A stretch of 64,000 bases of DNA, taken from Gemmatimonadota bacterium. GTDB lineage: Bacteria; Gemmatimonadota; Gemmatimonadetes; Longimicrobiales; Gaopeijiaceae. How positions within the stretch are numbered: position 1 is the first letter of the stretch; each line of letters opens with the position of its first letter. The DNA lies in the NCBI GenBank assembly GCA_012267435.1, contig JAAXGM010000006.1, positions 12,736 to 76,735 on the forward strand. The letters run 5' to 3'. The position numbers and the translations under genes were made by a program. Below, in pieces: positions 37,374 to 46,871 of the stretch. The notes below the pieces were generated by a model, which made no database searches, was not told where the DNA came from, and worked only from the letters and a program-made list of their open reading frames with translations.

Positions 37374-38254
37374 CGCAGGGCTTCCCGGGTGAGGTGCACG
37401 ATGTCGACCGGCCGCCGTGCGACGCCGATCCCGTTCTCGCGGAAGGCCCTGATCTTCTCTTCCGCGGTGCCGGAGGAACCACTGATGATGGCCCCCGCGT
37501 GTCCCATGCGGCGGCCCGGAGGCGCCGTCTGGCCCGCGATGAAGCCGATGATCGGCAAGTCAAGGCTGTGGCCGGCGAACTCGGCCGCCTCCTGCTCGTC
37601 CGTGCCCCCGATCTCGCCGATCATGACGACCGCCCTGGTCTCCGCGTCTTCGGCGAAGGCCCTCAGACAGTCGATGAAGGTGGTGCCGATGATGGGGTCT
37701 CCCCCGATGCCGACGCAGGTGGTCTGGCCGATGCCCGCCCCGGTGAGCTGTCCGACCGCCTCGTAGGTGAGCGTGCCCGAGCGCGACACCACGCCCACCG
37801 GACCGGGCGTCACGATGTCCCCGGAGATGATGCCCACCGTGGCCTTGCCGGGCGAGATCACCCCCGGGCAATTGGGTCCCAGCAGCCGGACGCCATGGTC
37901 GGCGACGAAGGCGTAGGCGCGCGTCATGTCGAGCACCGGGACGCCCTCGGTAATGCAGACGATGAACTCGACGCCCGATTCCGCGGCCTCCATGATGGCG
38001 CTCGCGGCGAAGGGTGGCGGCACGTAGATCACGGAGGCGTTCGCGCCCGACGCCGCGACCGCATCGTTCATCGTGTCGAAGACGGGCACCCGCGCGCCTC
38101 CCGGGCCTTCGACCACGCGGCCCCCCTTCCCCGGCGTGACTCCCGCGACCACGTGGGTCCCGTAGTCGATCATCCTGGCGGTGTGGAAGGATCCGTCGCG
38201 GCCGGTGATGCCCTGGACCACCACGCGCGTGGATTCGTCAACGAAGATCGACAT
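37370..38254 (-). CDS. sucD: Succinyl-CoA synthetase alpha subunit
   Basis: [14 protein letters not shown]…GVTPGKGG…PNCPG…SRSGTLTYE…G.GGDP…GHAGAII (phospho-His loop). Confidence 0.95.
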   Translation of the reverse strand: MSIFVDESTRVVVQGITGRDGSFHTARMIDYGTHVVAGVTPGKGGRVVEGPGGARVPVFDTMNDAVAASGANASVIYVPPPFAASAIMEAAESGVEFIVCITEGVPVLDMTRAYAFVADHGVRLLGPNCPGVISPGKATVGIISGDIVTPGPVGVVSRSGTLTYEAVGQLTGAGIGQTTCVGIGGDPIIGTTFIDCLRAFAEDAETRAVVMIGEIGGTDEQEAAEFAGHSLDLPIIGFIAGQTAPPGRRMGHAGAIISGSSGTAEEKIRAFRENGIGVARRPVDIVHLTREALR

Positions 38255-38314
38255 GGGGCGGGACCGTGTGCTGTGGGAAGGAGTCCGACGAGGGCTGTTG
38301 CGGGATGAAGAGCG

Positions 38315-39448
38315 TCACGCGGCGGCCCTCTCCACCGCCGCCCGCACGACGTCGTCCATCGAAGTGAAGGCGGAGAAGCCCTCGGCTGCGAGGATGTCCC
38401 TGGCTCTGGCTTCGTTGGTGCCCGTAAGGCGAATGAGGATGGGTGCGCGGATGTCGGCGCGCTTCGTCGCCTCGACGATTCCCCGTGCCACGTCGTCGCA
38501 ACGCGTGATGCCGCCGAAGATGTTGAACAGGATCACCTGCACGCTGGGATCGGCCGTGATGATCTCCAGCGCGGCCACGACCTTGTCGGGGTTGGACGAT
38601 CCGCCGATGTCGAGGAAGTTGGCCGGTTCGCCCCCGTAGTACTTGACCAGGTCCATGGTGGCCATCGCCAGTCCAGCCCCGTTGACGCAGCACCCCACGT
38701 TGCCGTCGAGCTTCACGAAGCTGAGGCCGGCCGCGCGCGCGCGCGTCTCCGCGAGGGGTTCGGCGTCCGGATCGCGTAGGGACTCAAGCCGCGGCCGACG
38801 GAAGAGCTCGTTGCCGTCGATGGTGACCTTGGCGTCGATGGCCTTCACCTCCCCCGCCTCCGTGGCGATGAGGGGGTTCACCTCGCAGAGGGATGCGCCG
38901 TTGTTCATGAAGACTTGGTAGAGCTGCGAAAGCACCGCCGCGCACTGGCGCGCCAGGGACGGTGCGTCGAAGAGCGCTCTCCCAAGCCGGTACGCCTGAT
39001 GGGGCAGAAGGCCGAAGCGCGGGTCGACGCGCAGCTTGGTGATGGCGGCGGGATTGGTGGCCGCCACCTCCTCGATGTCCACGCCCCCTTCCCGCGACAC
39101 CATGAAGAGCGGCGCCTGCACGGCCCGGTCGACCAGAATGCCGACGTAGCGCTCGCCGGCGATGTTCTCGAGAGGCACGAGCAGGACCTTGTGCACGGTG
39201 AGGCCCCGGATCGTCATCCCCAGAATGGCGCGGGTGTGGGTCTCGGCCTCCTCGGGCGTGCCGGCCAGCTTGACGCCTCCCGCCTTGCCCCTGCCACCGG
39301 AGTGCACCTGGGCCTTGACCACGGCCGCGCCGCCCATGTCGGCGGTGATCGCCGCGGCCTCCTCGGGCGTGGTGGCGACTCGGCCCGGCGGTACCGGCAT
39401 GCCCGCGTCACGGAAGAGTTCCCTTGCCTGGAACTCGTGCAGATTCAT
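38315..39448 (-). CDS. sucC: Succinyl-CoA synthetase beta subunit
   Basis: MNLHEFQARELF…VVKAQVH.GGRGKAGGVK…NGAGLAMATMD…GG.PANFLD.GG are ATP-grasp SucC motifs. Confidence 0.95.
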   Translation of the reverse strand: MNLHEFQARELFRDAGMPVPPGRVATTPEEAAAITADMGGAAVVKAQVHSGGRGKAGGVKLAGTPEEAETHTRAILGMTIRGLTVHKVLLVPLENIAGERYVGILVDRAVQAPLFMVSREGGVDIEEVAATNPAAITKLRVDPRFGLLPHQAYRLGRALFDAPSLARQCAAVLSQLYQVFMNNGASLCEVNPLIATEAGEVKAIDAKVTIDGNELFRRPRLESLRDPDAEPLAETRARAAGLSFVKLDGNVGCCVNGAGLAMATMDLVKYYGGEPANFLDIGGSSNPDKVVAALEIITADPSVQVILFNIFGGITRCDDVARGIVEATKRADIRAPILIRLTGTNEARARDILAAEGFSAFTSMDDVVRAAVERAAA

Positions 39449-39515
39449 TTCGGACTACTCCGCGAGGGGGAAGGACGTCGGCGCGGCGGCGTGACCGGGG
39501 AGGGCGCTCCGGGAA

Positions 39516-39535
39516 GGTCGCCGGAGGAGGCGACC
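39516..39535 (-). terminator. Candidate hairpin after the UPF0182 gene
   Basis: GGTCGCC-ggagga-GGCGACC (7-bp stem, 6-nt loop) lies ~45 nt downstream of the stop at 39583. On the gene strand TTCCC follows it, a weak U-tract. Confidence 0.3.
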
Positions 39536-39582
39536 GGCCAAGTTACCCGGGCATCGGCTCACGATCAAGAATCCCACGCGAT

Positions 39583-42351
39583 TCATGAACCTGCCTGGTC
39601 TTCGAAGCGCTCCAGGAGGTCGCGCAACTCGCGCAGACGCGCGCCGAAACCGGCGAAATCGCCGACCCTGAGCGCCTCCTCCGCGCGGTCGAGCAGATCC
39701 AGGGCGTCGCCCGGCCAGGTCGACGTGTCGGTTGCCAGTTCCCGCAGTTCCTCCAGGTCCTCGGTGTCGACGACTTCCTCGGGTGCGGTGACGGCCGCGA
39801 GTGCGGCCACAGTGGCGTCCAGGGTCGGCTGCATCGCCACCCGGCGTCCGTCGCTGACGACGAACTGGCGTAGCTCGGGAATCGCGTCCGACTCGGCCGC
39901 CAGGAAGATCGGTTCCATGTACATAAGCGTGCCGTCCACGGGGACGATGTGCAGATGCCCGGTCCAGACGTCGCTTCCCCCTTGCCGCCAGAGCGAAAGC
40001 TGCTGGGAGATGAAGGGATCCTGCTCCACGAGCGCCTCCACCAGGCGGGGGCCAGGGACCTGATCCTCGACCGGAATGTCGTAGAGAAGGAGTTCGCCGT
40101 AGTTGTCCCCGTCGCTGCGCGCGACCAGCAGGGCGGTCAGATTCTGCCGGCCGGCCGGGACGAAGGCGGTGCTCAACAGATACTCCGGCTCCTGCGCCCC
40201 GGGCAGCCGGTAGATGCCGTATTCGGGCCGATAGGGGACGGGATTGGTGCCCTGGGCGAGCTCCGTGGCGGGTGCCCACACATCTTCCTGACCGTGGAAG
40301 GAAGGGGCGGTTTCCAGATGATACTGAAACAGCACCCGGCCCTGCAGGCCGAGAAGCGCGCGCGGATAGCGAATGTGTTCGCGGAGGCCGGAAGGCATTT
40401 CCTCGATGGGCTGGAAGAGGCCCGGAAGGGTGCGCCGGTAGCCTTCAAGCAGTGGGTCGCTCTCGTCCGCCACATAGAAGGCGACGCGGCCGGTCACTCC
40501 GTCCACGGTGACCTTGACGCTGTTGCGCACATAGCTCACCGCAGATCGCGGCTCGAGGTCGTAGGAGCTCGCCAGCGGAAAGTGGCGGGTTGCGGTGAAG
40601 GCGTCGAGCATCCACACCACGCGGCCCTCGTGCACCACCGGATAGGGCGGTTCGGGGAAGCGAAGGAATGGGGCGATGTCGCGCGCCCGCGCCGTCACCT
40701 GACGCCGGAAGACGAAACGGCTCCGGGGCGAGACCTCGGAGGCGAACAGCAGGTTCGCGTCTCGAAAGCGGAGCGCCAGCAGCACCTTCCGCAGCCACGA
40801 ATCGAGCAGGATGCCTTCCGGGTAGTCAACTCCGGCCTGGCCGGGTCGGCCCTCGGGATCGAGGAAGGCTTCCGCGGTCGGATTGATGATGGCGTAGGCT
40901 TGGGGGCGGATGCCGAAGAACACCGACGGGCGCACCAGGCGCAGGCTCTCGGGCGCCGCCACGCCTTCCGCGAACTCGGGCGGGATCGCGGACAGGATCG
41001 TCGAAGGCCGCCCCTCGGGGGTGTGTTGCCCGGCCGCGCTGGCAACCGCGCCCATGCCGGCGATGTAGCGCTCGCGGATGTGGAGGTTTTGCCAGTTGCG
41101 GTCCTCGATGCCGCCGGGCTCGATCTCGCGCACCGCCAGCGCGACCGACACCAGGCCTTCGGGGCCCCGGTAGCGATCGATGGTGACGTCGCTGAACTCG
41201 TAGTAGCGGAAGCGGGCCTCCAGTTGCCGATACGTGGTCAGGAGCGCGCCCGGAGTCCAGACCGGAAGCCCGGCGAACTGGCTGGCGACGGCCATCGCGC
41301 GGGGTTCCTCGGTCGTCCCGCGGTAGTCGAATCGTTCACGTCGCAGGCGGTCGAGCCCGAACCCCATGCGCGTGAACTCCAGGTTGTGCTCGATATAGGG
41401 GGTTTCGCTCTCGAGCTCGTTGGGCTCGACGCGAAAGCGCTGCACGGTTGCGGGGTAGAGCTGGGCGAGCACGAGCGTGCCCACCACGATGGCGCCCAGC
41501 CCGGCCGCGGTCGGGACGGCCTTGCGTCGCGAGCCGCCCCACGCCACCAGGACCGCGGAGCCCAGCGCGACCACCGCGAGCGCCGTCAGGGAGGGCAGGC
41601 GGGCGACCGCGTCGGTGAATCCGAACAGCCCCTGCACGCCGGAGTTGCCGTCGAGCAGGAGGATGTAGCGCGCGATCTGGAAGCGTACGGCCAGCAGGAC
41701 CAGAAACGTCGTGACCAGGAGGGTGAGGTGCCGGCGAGCCAGGTTTTCCAGCCCGACCCCCTTGCGCGTCAGGCGGAGGGCGCCGGTGGCCGCGTAGATC
41801 GCGATCGACAGACTGAAGAGGAAGAAGATCAGCAGCAGCGCGAAGGCGACGATCCCGCTCATCACCGGCAGGGCGAAGATGTAGAAGGACACGTCGTGCC
41901 CGAGGACCGGTTCGCTCAGTCCCCACGAGGGAGCCCGGAGCAGGAGCAGCAGAGCCAGCCCCGCTTCCGGGGGGACCACGGCGCTGAACCAGAGGGCCGC
42001 CAGCAGCGAGATGACGAGCGTGCCGCGCGAGATCCAGACGCCGGGGATTCTCTCGGATATCTCCAGGTTGGCGAAACGCCTGCGGATCCTGAGCGCGCGC
42101 ACCGCGACGGCGAACAGGCGCACGTTCGCGTAGACCATGGCGCCGACGGCCAGCATGACCAGGATGCGCACCCCCCAGCGCGCCAGTACGCGGGTCCAGA
42201 AGACTTCGAGATAGCCGTTGGCCTCGAACCAGAGGATCTCCACGTAGAGGTCGATGGTTTCGCGGGCCAGAAGGAGAACCGCGGCCCCGACCATGATCGA
42301 GGCGATCAGAACACGCCCGCCGCGCCACGGACGAGGGCGCGCGTCAGACAT
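39583..42351 (-). CDS. UPF0182-family large integral membrane protein (COG1615-like)
   Basis: The N-terminal multi-TM region starts …IDLYVEILWFEANGYLEVFWTRVLARWGVRILVML…, which matches my memory of UPF0182 N-termini (…LWF.E.GY..VF.T…). A ~600-aa soluble domain follows. The ATG at 42351 was chosen (8-nt overlap with the upstream gene) rather than 42411. Confidence 0.65.
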   Translation of the reverse strand: MSDARPRPWRGGRVLIASIMVGAAVLLLARETIDLYVEILWFEANGYLEVFWTRVLARWGVRILVMLAVGAMVYANVRLFAVAVRALRIRRRFANLEISERIPGVWISRGTLVISLLAALWFSAVVPPEAGLALLLLLRAPSWGLSEPVLGHDVSFYIFALPVMSGIVAFALLLIFFLFSLSIAIYAATGALRLTRKGVGLENLARRHLTLLVTTFLVLLAVRFQIARYILLLDGNSGVQGLFGFTDAVARLPSLTALAVVALGSAVLVAWGGSRRKAVPTAAGLGAIVVGTLVLAQLYPATVQRFRVEPNELESETPYIEHNLEFTRMGFGLDRLRRERFDYRGTTEEPRAMAVASQFAGLPVWTPGALLTTYRQLEARFRYYEFSDVTIDRYRGPEGLVSVALAVREIEPGGIEDRNWQNLHIRERYIAGMGAVASAAGQHTPEGRPSTILSAIPPEFAEGVAAPESLRLVRPSVFFGIRPQAYAIINPTAEAFLDPEGRPGQAGVDYPEGILLDSWLRKVLLALRFRDANLLFASEVSPRSRFVFRRQVTARARDIAPFLRFPEPPYPVVHEGRVVWMLDAFTATRHFPLASSYDLEPRSAVSYVRNSVKVTVDGVTGRVAFYVADESDPLLEGYRRTLPGLFQPIEEMPSGLREHIRYPRALLGLQGRVLFQYHLETAPSFHGQEDVWAPATELAQGTNPVPYRPEYGIYRLPGAQEPEYLLSTAFVPAGRQNLTALLVARSDGDNYGELLLYDIPVEDQVPGPRLVEALVEQDPFISQQLSLWRQGGSDVWTGHLHIVPVDGTLMYMEPIFLAAESDAIPELRQFVVSDGRRVAMQPTLDATVAALAAVTAPEEVVDTEDLEELRELATDTSTWPGDALDLLDRAEEALRVGDFAGFGARLRELRDLLERFEDQAGS

Positions 42352-43714
42352 CGACGCCCTTGGCCCGGAGCCAGTCCTCGACCTCGCGCTGGATCTCCCC
42401 CAGGCGGACATCGGTGTCGGCTTCGTAGCGTGCCGCGAGGACGGGCTGGGTATTGGACGCTCTCAACAGACCCCAGCCGCCCTCAAAGAGGATGCGTGCT
42501 CCGTCCACCGCGATCACCTCGTGCCTCCGGGAGAAGTGTTCGCGAGCGGCCTCGGCGATGTCGCGCTTAATGTGCTCGGCGACCTCGATGCGGTACTCGG
42601 GGGTGGAGGCATAGCGCGGCAGATCCGCCACCAGCCCCGAGAGGGGGCGTCCGGACGCGGCCAGCAGGCGCAGAAGCCGGCACGCGGCGTAGACGGCGTC
42701 ATCCACCCCGATGTACTCGTCGGCGAAACAGATGTGTCCGGAGAGTTCGCCACCGATGACCGCTCCGGTGGCACGCATCTTCTCCTTGATGAGCGAGTGC
42801 CCGGTCGCCCACATCACGGGGACGCCCCCCGCCGCCTCGAACACGCGCGGCAGCGCCTGGGAGCACTTCACGTCGAAGACCAGCTTCTCGCCCGGACCCC
42901 GGCGCTGGAGCACCTCCAGGCCGAAGAGGAGAAGCAGGATGTCGCCGCGGACCACCGCGCCTGTTTCGTCCACGACCCCGATGCGGTCGGCATCGCCGTC
43001 GAAGCCGACGCCCAGGGCGGCTCCGGTCCGGCGAACCCGCGCCGCCAGATCCACGATGTTGTCGTCGACCGTGGGATCGGGGTGATGGTTCGGGAAGGTC
43101 CCGTCGAGTTCGCAGTAGAGAGGGATCACCTCGGCCCCGACCGCCTCCAGCACCGGAACCGCGGTGAGCGCCCCGGAAGCATTGCCGCAGTCCACGACCA
43201 CCTTCAGCGGCTCGATTCCCTCGAACCGGCCGGCGACGTCGGCGACGTACCGGTCGAGAACGTCGACGCACTCCTGGGCGCCCCGTCCGCGAGACACATC
43301 TTCCTCATCGATTCGCCGGCGCAGCTCCTGAATCCGTTCACCATGGAGAGGGCGGCCCCCGATGGTCATCTTGATCCCGTTCCATTCGGGGGGGTTGTGG
43401 CTGCCGGTGACCTGAGCGCCACCGTCGGCCGCCAGCTCGCGCTCGGCCCAGTAGGTCACCGGCGTGGGTACCGTGCCCAGCCGCATGACGTGCCCGCCCG
43501 CCGAGCGGATTCCCTTCGAGAGCGCGTCGGCCAGCCCGTCCGAACTGGGACGGTTGTCGCTCCCGACCACGATGCGCGGACGGGCATCGCCGGCTCGTTC
43601 GCCAACCGCCGTCGCAAAGGCGCTCCCGGTGGCGGTGGCCACATCGGCATCGATGGTTTCGCCGACGACGCCCCGAATGTCGTATTGCCGGAAGATCTCG
43701 GGAGAAAAGCTCAA
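42344..43714 (-). CDS. Phosphomannomutase / phosphoglucomutase (alpha-D-phosphohexomutase)
   Basis: FRQYDIRGVVGE…VTGSHNPPEWNGIK (active-site Ser loop)…GFDGDADR…GGELSGH. Confidence 0.85.
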   Translation of the reverse strand: MSFSPEIFRQYDIRGVVGETIDADVATATGSAFATAVGERAGDARPRIVVGSDNRPSSDGLADALSKGIRSAGGHVMRLGTVPTPVTYWAERELAADGGAQVTGSHNPPEWNGIKMTIGGRPLHGERIQELRRRIDEEDVSRGRGAQECVDVLDRYVADVAGRFEGIEPLKVVVDCGNASGALTAVPVLEAVGAEVIPLYCELDGTFPNHHPDPTVDDNIVDLAARVRRTGAALGVGFDGDADRIGVVDETGAVVRGDILLLLFGLEVLQRRGPGEKLVFDVKCSQALPRVFEAAGGVPVMWATGHSLIKEKMRATGAVIGGELSGHICFADEYIGVDDAVYAACRLLRLLAASGRPLSGLVADLPRYASTPEYRIEVAEHIKRDIAEAAREHFSRRHEVIAVDGARILFEGGWGLLRASNTQPVLAARYEADTDVRLGEIQREVEDWLRAKGVDV

Positions 43715-43814
43715 AACCGGAACAGGCCAGAAATGGTTGCGTGCCGTCTGATGTCTCGCGGATGCCGGGCGATCCGCCGTCGCGCGCGAACGCGGGAGCC
43801 CAGCATCCGTCCCT

Positions 43815-45332
43815 CTAGGGAGCGGCGCCCAGGAGGAGTGCCCCCGCGGTCAGCAGCCCTTCCGCACCCGCGCGGGCGAAGCTCACGCCCCCGCCCGGGA
43901 AGATGCCCAAACCGATCACCACCGCGACCGCCGCGCCCATGGCGAAACGCATGGTCAGGGGCACCGTGACCGGATCCGGCTCGTCGGACCCCGCGCCTTC
44001 CCGCATCCACATGTACCATGCGATCCGCAGGTAGTAATAGTACGACACCACGGTCGTGAGGACGAAAATGACGGAAAGGGTCCAGAGGCCGGCCTCGGCC
44101 GCTCCCTGCAGAATGAAGATCTTTCCCATGAACCCGCCCGTGCCGGGGAAGCCGGCAAGGGAGAGGAGAAAGATCGTCAGGCAGACGGCCAGAGCGGGAT
44201 GCCTGGCCCCGAGCCCCGCGTACCGGTGGAGACCGAGCCGCTCCTCGCCGTGCCCTGAAACGCACAGGATCACTGCGAAGGCGCCGATGTTCATCGCGGT
44301 GTAGACCAGCAGGTAGAACAGCAGTCCAGCGGTGGCGTTCTGATTCAGGGCCACGATCGCCACCAGCAGGTAGCCGGCGTGAGCGATGCTGGAATAGGCC
44401 AGCAGCCGCTTGACGTTGGTCTGGGCCAGGGCGATGACGTTGGCGATCACCATGGTGAGCGCCGCCAGCCACCATCCGATGGCGTACCAGCTTTCGGGAA
44501 TGCCCCCGAAGCCGACCAGGAAGACGCGCGCGAAGGCGACGAACGCCGCCGCCTTCACGCTCGCCGACATGAAGGCCGTCACCGGCGAAGGGGCGCCCTC
44601 GTAGACGTCGGGCGTCCACATGTGGAACGGGATCGCCGAGACCTTGAAGGCGAAGCCGATGGCCAGCAGCGCGATGCCGACATGGAGCAGCCCTCCCACG
44701 GCCGCATCCGAGCCGATTGCCAGCGCGATGAGTCCCAGGTTGGTGCTGCCCGTTGCCCCGTATACCAGCGCGATGCCGTAGAGCAGGAAGCCGGTCGAGA
44801 AGGCGCCCAACAGGAAGTACTTGAGCCCGGACTCCGCCGACTTCGGATCGCGCCGATTGAAGCCGGACAGCACGTAGGCGCTGATCGACATCACCTCCAG
44901 GGCCAGGAAGATCACGATCAGGTCGCGCGTGCCCCCCATGAGCATCATCCCCACGGTGGCGAAGAGCACCAGAGCGTGGAATTCCCCCTCCTGCAACCGC
45001 TGGCGGCGCACGTACGCGGGCGAAATGGCCAGCGCGAGCATGGCCGCCAGCAGGAAGATCCAGTTGGCGAAGAGGTGGAAGCGGTCGACCGCGATCATCG
45101 GGCTTCCCTGCCCCGGGGTCAGCCCGTACAGCCATCCGTTGGCGAAGGCTGCCGCGAGCACGCCCACCATCGCCAGAACCGCCAGGTTCCCGGAGCCGGC
45201 CCGCGGCGCCGATGTCGCGCCGTCCCCCCTCCAGACGCCGGCCAGCAGCACCACCATCCCCCAAACCGAAAGCACGATCTCGGGAAGCAGCGCCAGCAGG
45301 TAGTGCGCGGGGGTGGAGAAGTCGAGCGTCAC
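43815..45332 (-). CDS. nuoN: NADH-quinone oxidoreductase subunit N
   Basis: Polytopic antiporter-like subunit (…LLALLPEIVLSVWGMVVLLAG…HMWTPDVYEGAPSPVTAFM…). The GTG at 45332 overlaps the nuoM stop (GTGA). The upstream half of the 1003-aa ORF is an out-of-gene reading through nuoM. Confidence 0.9.
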   Translation of the reverse strand: MTLDFSTPAHYLLALLPEIVLSVWGMVVLLAGVWRGDGATSAPRAGSGNLAVLAMVGVLAAAFANGWLYGLTPGQGSPMIAVDRFHLFANWIFLLAAMLALAISPAYVRRQRLQEGEFHALVLFATVGMMLMGGTRDLIVIFLALEVMSISAYVLSGFNRRDPKSAESGLKYFLLGAFSTGFLLYGIALVYGATGSTNLGLIALAIGSDAAVGGLLHVGIALLAIGFAFKVSAIPFHMWTPDVYEGAPSPVTAFMSASVKAAAFVAFARVFLVGFGGIPESWYAIGWWLAALTMVIANVIALAQTNVKRLLAYSSIAHAGYLLVAIVALNQNATAGLLFYLLVYTAMNIGAFAVILCVSGHGEERLGLHRYAGLGARHPALAVCLTIFLLSLAGFPGTGGFMGKIFILQGAAEAGLWTLSVIFVLTTVVSYYYYLRIAWYMWMREGAGSDEPDPVTVPLTMRFAMGAAVAVVIGLGIFPGGGVSFARAGAEGLLTAGALLLGAAP

Positions 45333-46864
45333 GAGTCGGCCGGCTCCTCGGCGGGCGGGGTCGTGTGGACGCGTTCCAGGATGGCGTCCACGCTCGGCTC
45401 CATGCGCTCCAGAATGGGCGTGGGCGCGACCCCGATCACGATCATGAGCGCGACCATGGGCGACAGGATGAAGATCTCCCGGCGGGACAGATCGGGCATC
45501 GACCGGTTCTCCTCCCGGTCCAGCTCGTTGAAGAGCACCCGCTGCACCATGGGCAGCATGTAGTAGGCGGCGAAGATGACCCCGCTGGTGGCGATGACGG
45601 CGGTGACGGGATGCGTCTCGAAGGTGCCCAGAAGCGCCAGGAACTCTCCGACGAAGCCGCTTGTGCCGGGAAGGCCGATGGAGGCAAGCGCGGTGATCAC
45701 GAGCGCCAGGGCGAGCATGGGCGCGACGCGCGCGAGGCCGCCGAACTCCCCGGTCAGCCGAGTGTGGCGGCGCTCGTACAGCATGCCCAGGATGAGGAAG
45801 AGCGCCCCGGTGGAGATGCCGTGCGAGATCATCACCACCAGTCCCCCCTGGATACCGGTCACGGTGAGGGCGAAGATGCCGATCACCACGAAGCCCATGT
45901 GGGCCACCGAGGTGTAGGCCACCAGCTTCTTGGCGTCCGGCTGCACGGCGGCCACCCAGGCGGCGTACACGATGCCCGCCGTGCCGAGCACCAGCATCAC
46001 CGTCACCACCGCAGGGTGCTGTGAGGCGGCCGGGAAGAACGGCAGCAGGAAGCGCAGGAACCCGTAGGTGCCCATCTTGAGCAGGATCGCGGCCAGCACC
46101 ACCGACCCCGGCGTGGGGGCCTCCACGTGCGCGTCCGGCAGCCAGGTGTGGAAGGGGAACAGCGGCACCTTGATCGAGAACGCGAGCGCGAAGGCGGCGA
46201 ACAGCCAGAGCTGCTCGCGCATTGAGAGCGATGCGCCGAGGATGTCCAGGTAGGCGAAGGATCCGTCTCCGGCGCCCGCGGTGGCGGCGTAAAGGTAGAG
46301 GATCCCGACCAGCATCAGCAGCGACCCCACCGCCGTGTACAGGAAGAACTTCACCGCCGCGTAGATGCGCCGCTTGCCTCCCCAGACGCCGACGATGAAG
46401 TACATCGGCACCAGGGTGAGCTCGAAGAAGACGTAAAACAGCATCAGATCCAGCGCCGTGAAGACGCCGATGATGCCCGTCTGCAACAGGAGCATGAGGG
46501 CGTGGAAGGACTTCCGGCGGCGGGTGATGTAGCGGAACGAGCCGAGGATGGCGATCGGGGCCGTGAAGGAGGACAGCAGCACCATGAACAGCGAGATGCC
46601 GTCGATGCCGAGCGCGTAGTGCACGCCCCACGCTTCGATCCAGGGCACGCTCGACGCCATCTGAAAGCCCGGATCCCCCACCGTGAAGGACCACCAGAGG
46701 CCGAGGCTCACGACGAAGAGCGCGAGTGTCCAGCCGAAGGCGATTTGCCCGGACCGCTCCTCGTCTTCGAGCAGCACGTGCAGCATCGCGGCCATCGGAC
46801 CCCACACCAGCACGTGCAGGATCCAAGAGTCGAACGCGACCGCTTGCAGCAGACTCGTCATCAC
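45329..46864 (-). CDS. nuoM: NADH-quinone oxidoreductase subunit M
   Basis: …PLFPFHTWLPDAHVEAPTPGSVVLAAILLKMGTYG… is the NuoM/ND4 pattern. Confidence 0.95.
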   Translation of the reverse strand: MMTSLLQAVAFDSWILHVLVWGPMAAMLHVLLEDEERSGQIAFGWTLALFVVSLGLWWSFTVGDPGFQMASSVPWIEAWGVHYALGIDGISLFMVLLSSFTAPIAILGSFRYITRRRKSFHALMLLLQTGIIGVFTALDLMLFYVFFELTLVPMYFIVGVWGGKRRIYAAVKFFLYTAVGSLLMLVGILYLYAATAGAGDGSFAYLDILGASLSMREQLWLFAAFALAFSIKVPLFPFHTWLPDAHVEAPTPGSVVLAAILLKMGTYGFLRFLLPFFPAASQHPAVVTVMLVLGTAGIVYAAWVAAVQPDAKKLVAYTSVAHMGFVVIGIFALTVTGIQGGLVVMISHGISTGALFLILGMLYERRHTRLTGEFGGLARVAPMLALALVITALASIGLPGTSGFVGEFLALLGTFETHPVTAVIATSGVIFAAYYMLPMVQRVLFNELDREENRSMPDLSRREIFILSPMVALMIVIGVAPTPILERMEPSVDAILERVHTTPPAEEPADS

Positions 46865-46871
46865 CGGCTCC

